A program made the translations under genes and the position numbers. From the human T2T-CHM13v2.0 reference genome, Homo sapiens: a stretch of 64,000 bases of DNA. Shown piece by piece: positions 54,890-64,000 of the stretch. The first letter of the stretch is position 1, and every line of letters starts with the position of its first letter. The notes beneath the pieces were generated by a model, which had not been told where the DNA came from, did no database searches, and worked only from the letters and a program-made list of their open reading frames with translations. The stretch lies in NCBI RefSeq assembly GCF_009914755.1, contig NC_060945.1. One strand, 5' to 3'.

Positions 54890-56270
54890 CTAGTAAATGA
54901 AAATTCATAGCAAAAAGGAAATAGAAAGACTTGGTTTAAAAATAAAAGGTTTCTACTTAAACCCCACAGCAAACACTGCGTGTAGTGGTGAACCTTTGAC
55001 GCTTTCTCATGAAAGTCAGGAACAATCAAGGATTCTTTTAATTTTATTCAGCATCATCCTGGGTGTTCAAAGTAATGTTGCCACAGGAAAAACAATAGAA
55101 ATGGGAGTTTTAAAGATTGGAAATGAGAAGTTAAATTCTCCTTATTTTCAAATGATGAGCTCATCTACATAGAAAAATCCAAGAAAATCAATGACAAACT
55201 GTAAGAACTAATAAGAGAACTTGCAAAGGAAAGGAGCTAAACATATGGTTTGATATGAAGACAATATATATGTAAAAAATTTATATAGACATATATACAG
55301 GATTTATATACTAAGACAACATAATAGAAAACTGTTCCCCATTCACACTAGTAAAACATCCCTATGAAATACCTCGAATTTAATCCAAAGAGGAATATTT
55401 TAGACCTATAGAAGAAAATGATGGAATTCTAAATGGAACTATTGTACTGTGTAACTGCAAGGCAAGACAAGATGAACAATTATAGTTTCCTCCTACATAT
55501 TTAAAAGCTCAATGCAATCCCAATCAAAATTATAGTAGTTTAAAAAATACTGGAAAAGCTTTCTAAAATTAATCGAGAACAAGCTAGAACCAACGTTTTT
55601 AGAAAATAAGATAGTGGCACCTTCCTTAGGAGCTGTTAGTTTCCTCCTACATATTTAAAAGCTCAATGCAATCCCAATCAAAATTATAGCAGTTTAAAAA
55701 ATACTGGAAAAGCTTTCTAAAATTAATTGAGAACAAGCTAGAACCAACGTTTTTAGAAAATAAGATAGTGGCACCTTCTTTATGAGCTGTTAGGATATAT
55801 TATGAAGCTGAATAACATGGATAAAACAGCTGGAATGGATGCAAGGATAGATCAAGAGATGAATAGAACAAAATACAAAATAGGGATTTCAGAAGCAGGC
55901 TATACAAACATTTCTCAGACAAAAGAGATGTTTCAAATGGGAGATGGAGAGAATAAACTAACTTTAAAAAAGGACAGTTGGCTATTGGTGGAAGAGAAAG
56001 ATTAATACGTCATACCTCACACAAGTCATATCAGCAAATGGGGCAAAAAGTTAAATCTAAGCAATAACAATGAAACCAATATCAGCAAAATTAGGCCTGT
56101 TTCCAATCTCGGGGAGTGTGCTGTATAGAAGCAATGATGGGTTGGAAATATTTGGAGGGCATATGATGGACAGAGGATCCCCAGCCCTAAATCCACAAGA
56201 AAAACACACATAGCCTGATAAGAAATGGGCTAGGAATGTGAACAGGAAACTTTCAGTGTGGACGGCCATG
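54890..56270 (+). mobile_element. Ancient L1ME-type ORF2 fragment
   Basis: A-rich with AAACCCCACAGCAAAC and CAATGCAATCCCAATCAAAAT L1 motifs. Confidence 0.7.
55483..55793. repeat. 154-bp tandem duplication
   Basis: Copies start at 55483 and 55637, with 4 mismatches by hand count. Confidence 0.95.
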
Positions 56271-57388
56271 CATTTAGGCCATAGTGGGTTCCCAGCAGCC
56301 ATCAGTGCGGAGGGCAGGGAGCTGAGAGCAGATCAGGCTGAGCCGGGGTCACGCGGGGTCCCCCAGCCACTGAGGGCCCTGGGCAGCAACCACGCAGACC
56401 CCGCCCCCCAGGCTCCACCTCACTTTCTGTGGCATTTCTGTGCCTGTTCTGACCACAGCCGTGGCAGCACCATGTCCATCAGGCTGCGGCCGGCCTGGCT
56501 GTGGGGTGACTGCAGCATCCCAGGGGCGGGCATTCTCATCAGCGTTTTGGTCTCTGCAGCTGGCCTGGAGGAGTTTGTCTCACAGTCTGAGGACTGACTG
56601 CTCTGCACCCACCCAGGGTGGCGGAGCCCCATGCGCTGCCTGATCTTACCATTGTCCCCGCTGACGGCCTTTCCCACAGGACATCACAGGCAGCTCATGC
56701 TCCCCGCGTGGACCAAGCCTTAGAGAGATGAGAGTGTCGCTGACTGTGTGCCCGCACCGGCATCATCTGTGGGAACCCAGGCTCCTTGTCCCTACACCTG
56801 TGTGGAAACTGCTGCCCCCCCCCCCCAAGAGGAGAACCTGGGCAGCGCCAGGGTTTTGGGGAATCCTGTGCCTCCATCCGCCCACCCCATGATGCTTTTG
56901 TTCCCATCGAGTCCCTTGTCTCCTGCGCAGGTGCAGCAGCCCCTCCCTCTCCCCTCGCATTGCTGCTAAAACGGGCAGAACCCTCGGGCGGGCGGCACAC
57001 AGGGAGGGTGACCAGGCCTGGAGGCTGCAGTGCCCGGACCCCAGGGCAGCTTCCCGGAAGGTGACCCTGCAGTGTGGGCTCTCCCAGGTGAGAGAGTGGG
57101 TGGGACAGTCCTGGGGCCTGGAGAGCCCCACAGCCCAGGGCATGACAGCGAATGACCAGGCTCAGGAAGACCCGGGCACAGGGGCTGAGCTGGGACTGAG
57201 CCTTCCTGGGAGTGACCGTGAGTCCCACCTGGTGACCCCCTGGAGGAGTTAGGCCACTGTCCCCTGTGACTTCTAGGTTAAGTCACTCATTCCTAAAAAT
57301 AATCATGGCTGGAGGAGACCAATGTCAGCTCAAAACCATGTGTCCCCCAGGAACACAACAGAAAAGAGAATCAGGTGACCAAGGAGAG

Positions 57389-57394
57389 TTTATT
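57389..57394 (-). terminator. KRTAP10-1: KRTAP10-1 poly(A) signal AATAAA
   Basis: TTTATT on plus about 300 nt past the stop, followed on minus by a U/GU-rich element. Confidence 0.8.
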
Positions 57395-57691
57395 GGGGAG
57401 CAGGAGGAGGTGCTGAGAGGTTCAAGTCGAGGCCAAGTGACCCAGAGCAGAGAAGCTGGGAGGGAGGACAGGGGACCTAGCAGGCAGGTGGGCACCTGCT
57501 GGAAGGCAAGAGCTGGGGAGCTGCAAGGATGGAGGCTCCTGGGAGCAAGGAGGGGGGGTCACCTCAGCACAGGGGAGACACGGGGACCCGTCCTAGGTGG
57601 GGGCAGCCACCTAACCCAGGTCAGGAACTGAGCCCAGCTGGCCCAGGGCGGGTGCCCATCAGCAGCTGGACTCCTGGCCTGAGCAGAGGCC

Positions 57692-58540
57692 TCAGCAGGC
57701 CAGGCGGGAGCACGCGGGGCGGCAGAGGAGGGACACGCAGGAGGCCGGGCGGCAGCAGCTGGCCTGGCAGGAGGAGGCAGGGGCACAGCAGGAGGAGACA
57801 GGCATACAGCAGGCGGGCTGGCATACAGGGCGGCAGAGGAGGGACACGGAGGAGGAGGGTCTGCAGCAGGAGGTGGTGCAGCAAGCCGGCTGACAGCTAG
57901 ACTGCTGGCAGCATGAAGTGGAAGCCCCAGAGCAGACGGGCACACAGCAGATGGGCTTGCAGCAGACAGGCTTGCAACGGACGGGCACGCAGCAGGCCTG
58001 CTGGCAGGGGGAGGAGGTGCAGCAAGCTGGATGGCAGCTAGACTGCTGGCAGCATGAAGAGGATGACTCAGAGCAGGTGGGCACATAGCACACAGGCTTG
58101 CAGCAAACAGGCACACAGCAGGACTGCTGGCTGGAGGAAGAGGCACAGCAAGTTGGCTGGCAGCTAGACTGCTGGCAGCATGAAGAGGAATCCTTAGAGC
58201 AGGTGGGCAGGCAGCACACAGGCTTGCAGCAGACGGGCATGCAGCAGGCCTGCTGGCAGGGGGAGGAGGTGCAGCAAGCCGGCTGGCAGCTAGACTGCTG
58301 GCAGCACGAGGGCGTGCAGGAGCTGGTGCAGCCTGATTGGCAGGGGCTGGGCTCACAGGCTGCCTGGCAGCAGGGGCTGGACACACGGCTCACTGGGGTG
58401 CAGACCAGGGTCAGGCAGGGGGCCAGGGCGCAGCAGCTGAGGGCGCAGCAGTGGGGCTCACAGCAGCTCTCTGGGCAGGCATCCACCTGCCAGGAGTCGG
58501 AGCAAGCGCTGGAGCAGACGGACATGGTGGACGCGGCCAT
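57692..58540 (-). CDS. KRTAP10-1: Keratin-associated protein 10-1 (high-sulfur, intronless, 282 aa)
   Basis: [29 protein letters not shown] start and CCxxx pentapeptide repeats. It is the KRTAP10 gene nearest TSPEAR exon 3. Family certain, paralog number by length and position. Confidence 0.92.
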
Positions 58541-58654
58541 GCTGGGGTGGGGAGGAGGTGAGCTGCGGGAGGTGTGAGTGAGTGAGTGTGGGAGTCAGTG
58601 TGTGTGTGAGTGACTGAGTGTGTGAGTGAGTGTGTGAGCTTCGTGGGGCTCTGC

Positions 58655-58661
58655 TTTTATA
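58655..58661 (-). promoter_or_regulatory. KRTAP10-1: TATA box of KRTAP10-1
   Basis: GGGGTATAAAAGCAG on minus, 115 nt upstream of the ATG, followed by a CA-rich leader. Confidence 0.85.
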
Positions 58662-59365
58662 CCCCTTCTGGCCTTGTTGTTCCAGGGCCCACAGCGTCCC
58701 CTTCCTGGTTGCTGAGAGGTGGCGTGTGTCATGACTAGGGATGTTTGTTTGCCTGTGATGTGGCCCAGGTCATAAATCTCCTGTCCTGTCTGGGCTGTAG
58801 CCTGTCCCATGTGGATCCCTGGGGGCAAGAGTGGAGGTGGACCTGGTCCCAGCACGCCACCAGTGCAGTCCGGGTTGTAAGAAGGGGGCTGCGGAGGCAG
58901 GGGTGGCCCTTCAGCCTTATGCAAAGTGTGGCATGCCAGGGTGAGAGCTGTCCCACTCACGATCGTGGGGGCGTCTCCTCCCTAAAGCGGGTCCTCACTG
59001 AAGAGGCAGAAGCAGCTGGTAGAAGCACAGGATCACTGGAGCAGCCGGAGAGAAGGTGCAGCAGTGGCCAGCGAACCCCACAGTGGTGGCCCTGCACATT
59101 CCTTCCCCCATCCCCATCACTGAAGAAATTAGAGCCCCAAACAGGGAGAAGGGGAGCAAGGAAGGAGAGGCCATGCCCCTCCCCACGGCCTTCCCCGAGG
59201 TCCACTCAGACGTTGGTGTGGGAACGCTGGGGATAGGACTGGGTTTCGGACAGGAAAGAAAAGTTTTGAACTGGCCCATGGATTTGGTTCTGCTCTTAAA
59301 GGCCATAGCTTTATGATGTGCTTCAACCATAGATAACTCAAGTCCCGTTATCAATATTCTTAAAT

Positions 59366-59461
59366 TTATTTTTTTTTTTTTTTGTACAGATGGCGTCTCA
59401 AGTGATCCCTCCTGCCTTGGCCAAAGTACTGGGATTGCAGGCGTGAGCCCGGTGCCTGGCC
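59366..59461 (-). mobile_element. Internally deleted Alu monomer
   Basis: Poly(T) then CTCAAGTGATCC...GGGATTGCAGGCGTGAGCC. Confidence 0.8.
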
Positions 59462-59739
59462 ATCATCAGTATTTCTGCACCACGTGTCTTCCCTGTTCCT
59501 GTTCATTGTCCTTGCTGTCCTCAGCTTCCTTTCTTCAAACGTAAGCTGCATGTGAGCAGGGAGTGTGTTTGTCTTGTTCACCACTCAGTCTTCAAAGGCC
59601 TAAAATCATGCCTGGCCCAAGGAAAAGCCTTTATAAAAATGGGCTGAAATAATAAACTTTTTTGGAGAAATTATTGAAGAGTAATTTTGAGCTCTGAACG
59701 CGATTCCATTGTGCCACCTTTTTCTTATGCTGTATAAAA

Positions 59740-61850
<2,111 letters not shown>

Positions 61851-61861
61851 GTAGATGCTAG

Positions 61862-62301
61862 TACTTGGCCGAATCATTCCTCCCCAAAGGTTGTCTCCAC
61901 CCAGAACCTCCCAATATGACCTTATATGGAAATAAGGTATTTGCAGATATAATTAGTTAAGTCATACGGGATCATAGTGAACCTTAAATCCAATGTCTAG
62001 TGTCTTTACCAGAGAAAGGAGAAGGAAGTTCAGACATACACACAAAGGGAAGAAGATGATATGACAACAGAGGCAAAGATTGGAGTGAAGATAGAAGCCA
62101 AGGGAACCCAAGGTTTGCTGGGTGCCACCAGAAGCTAGAAGGAGCAAGGGCATATTCTCCCTTGGAGCTCGGAGAAAGCATTGCCCTGTGGAAACCTTCA
62201 TTTCAGGTGCCTGGCCCTAAGAACTATGACAGAATAATTTTCCATTGTTTCCAGTCACACTTTTGGTGTAATTAGCTATGGTAGCACTAGGAACCAATAC
62301 A
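61862..62301 (+). mobile_element. MLT1B/C-like LTR
   Basis: ATGACCTTATATGGAAATAAGGTATTTGCAGAT ... GCACTAGGAACCAATACA. Confidence 0.8.
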
Positions 62302-63019
62302 ATGAAGGAATAAAAAAACTTAAAACAGTCAATCCAAAAGCAGTAAAGCAAGGAGATAAAAGGGAGTAGATTCCTTGCATAAGCAAAAACCACTGTGAGA
62401 TGGGAGGTTTAAACTCAAACGTATCAGCAAAGCCCCACATTCTTTCCAGTCCTGCCCATCAGATGTATCATTACTTTAGTCAACACAGCTGTATAGGGAG
62501 AGTTCACTGGGGTTTAAGTTTGCGCTGTCCTGGTGATCCATGATGTGAAACATGTTTCCATGTGTTTATTTGCCATCCATATTTGTTCTTTAGTGAAGGG
62601 TCTATTTAAGTCATATATTATATGGCAAAATACTAAACACTGTGGGATTCTGTAGATGTGATATTATGGCAATAGTAATCATAATAAGACAAAAAAAAAA
62701 TCAGTGCCTTTTAGGGGCTAGGGTGGGGATGTGGAATGACTACAAAGGGGCATGAGGGAAATTTGTGGGATGATGAGAGGAGTCTATGTATTGATGGTGT
62801 TGGTGGAGACACAACTATCTATATTTGTCAAGACACAGAATCCAAGAAAAGGAAAAGTCCCAAATATATCATACTGATTAAATGAATCTAGGATTAAAAG
62901 CCATTCTACAAAGCAAGCTATGGACCCAAAGACTTTCACCACTGAATGCTGTAAATAATTGGGAGAGAAATAATGCTAGGCTTAAATTTCTCAGCTTGTT
63001 TTATTAGGCCATCATAATT

Positions 63020-63240
63020 TTCCAGACCTTAGGAAGTGGGACCTGTCTAGTGAGAGCAACTGAGGAATGCTATGTGCTGCCCGGGGGGAGCCACATGGAT
63101 GTTACCTGGGGACATGATGGCCTGGTGGGGGAGGAGCCAGCCACAGACCAGGAGAATGGCCAGGAACGGAGGCTAATGAGGAAGCCACTGTCATGCAGAA
63201 GCTGGAGCAGACTGATCAGCAGGGGCTGGGCCCACAGGAC
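63020..63240 (-). pseudogene. KRTAP10-like relic fragment
   Basis: 63194-63238 matches KRTAP10-1 58315-58359 at 39/45 nt and reads SCGPSPC*SVCSSFC. Confidence 0.65.
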
Positions 63241-63244
63241 GTTA

Positions 63245-64000
<756 letters not shown>

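Noticed and set aside
57559-58577. Alternative-frame and antisense ORFs over KRTAP10-1
   Set aside because: Shadows of a repetitive GC-rich CDS.

Overview
Human-type (primate) genomic DNA, recognisable as the chr21q22.3 TSPEAR/KRTAP10 locus. The minus strand carries the last ten coding exons of TSPEAR (exons 3-12 by recalled numbering). I mapped them base by base and they splice into one open frame: the end of the laminin-G/TSP-N domain plus the EAR repeats, with the stop at 18266-18268. The intronless hair gene KRTAP10-1 (282 aa) is nested on the same strand in the intron upstream of exon 3. The left 16 kb is retroelement-dense: an internally deleted LTR1/HUERS-P2-like provirus with an L1PA insert, LTR10-like, MER4-group and MaLR LTRs, Alus and MIRs. 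Several minisatellites lie close to TSPEAR splice sites. No prokaryotic system, CRISPR array, tRNA or rRNA is present. Best leads: (1) two GC-AG introns in TSPEAR; (2) a 2.4 kb (GTCA)n tract that reads as an array of branch-point/QKI/SF1 motifs and let-7/miR-196 seed sites on the pre-mRNA strand; (3) an unexplained ~144 bp inverted duplication 5.2 kb apart; (4) VNTRs that reshape splice signals at exons 10 and 11; (5) a six-copy HRE-like array born inside one LTR; (6) an LTR-donated poly(A) signal; (7) a KRTAP10 relic. Repeat subfamily names and gene names come from recall, not database searches.
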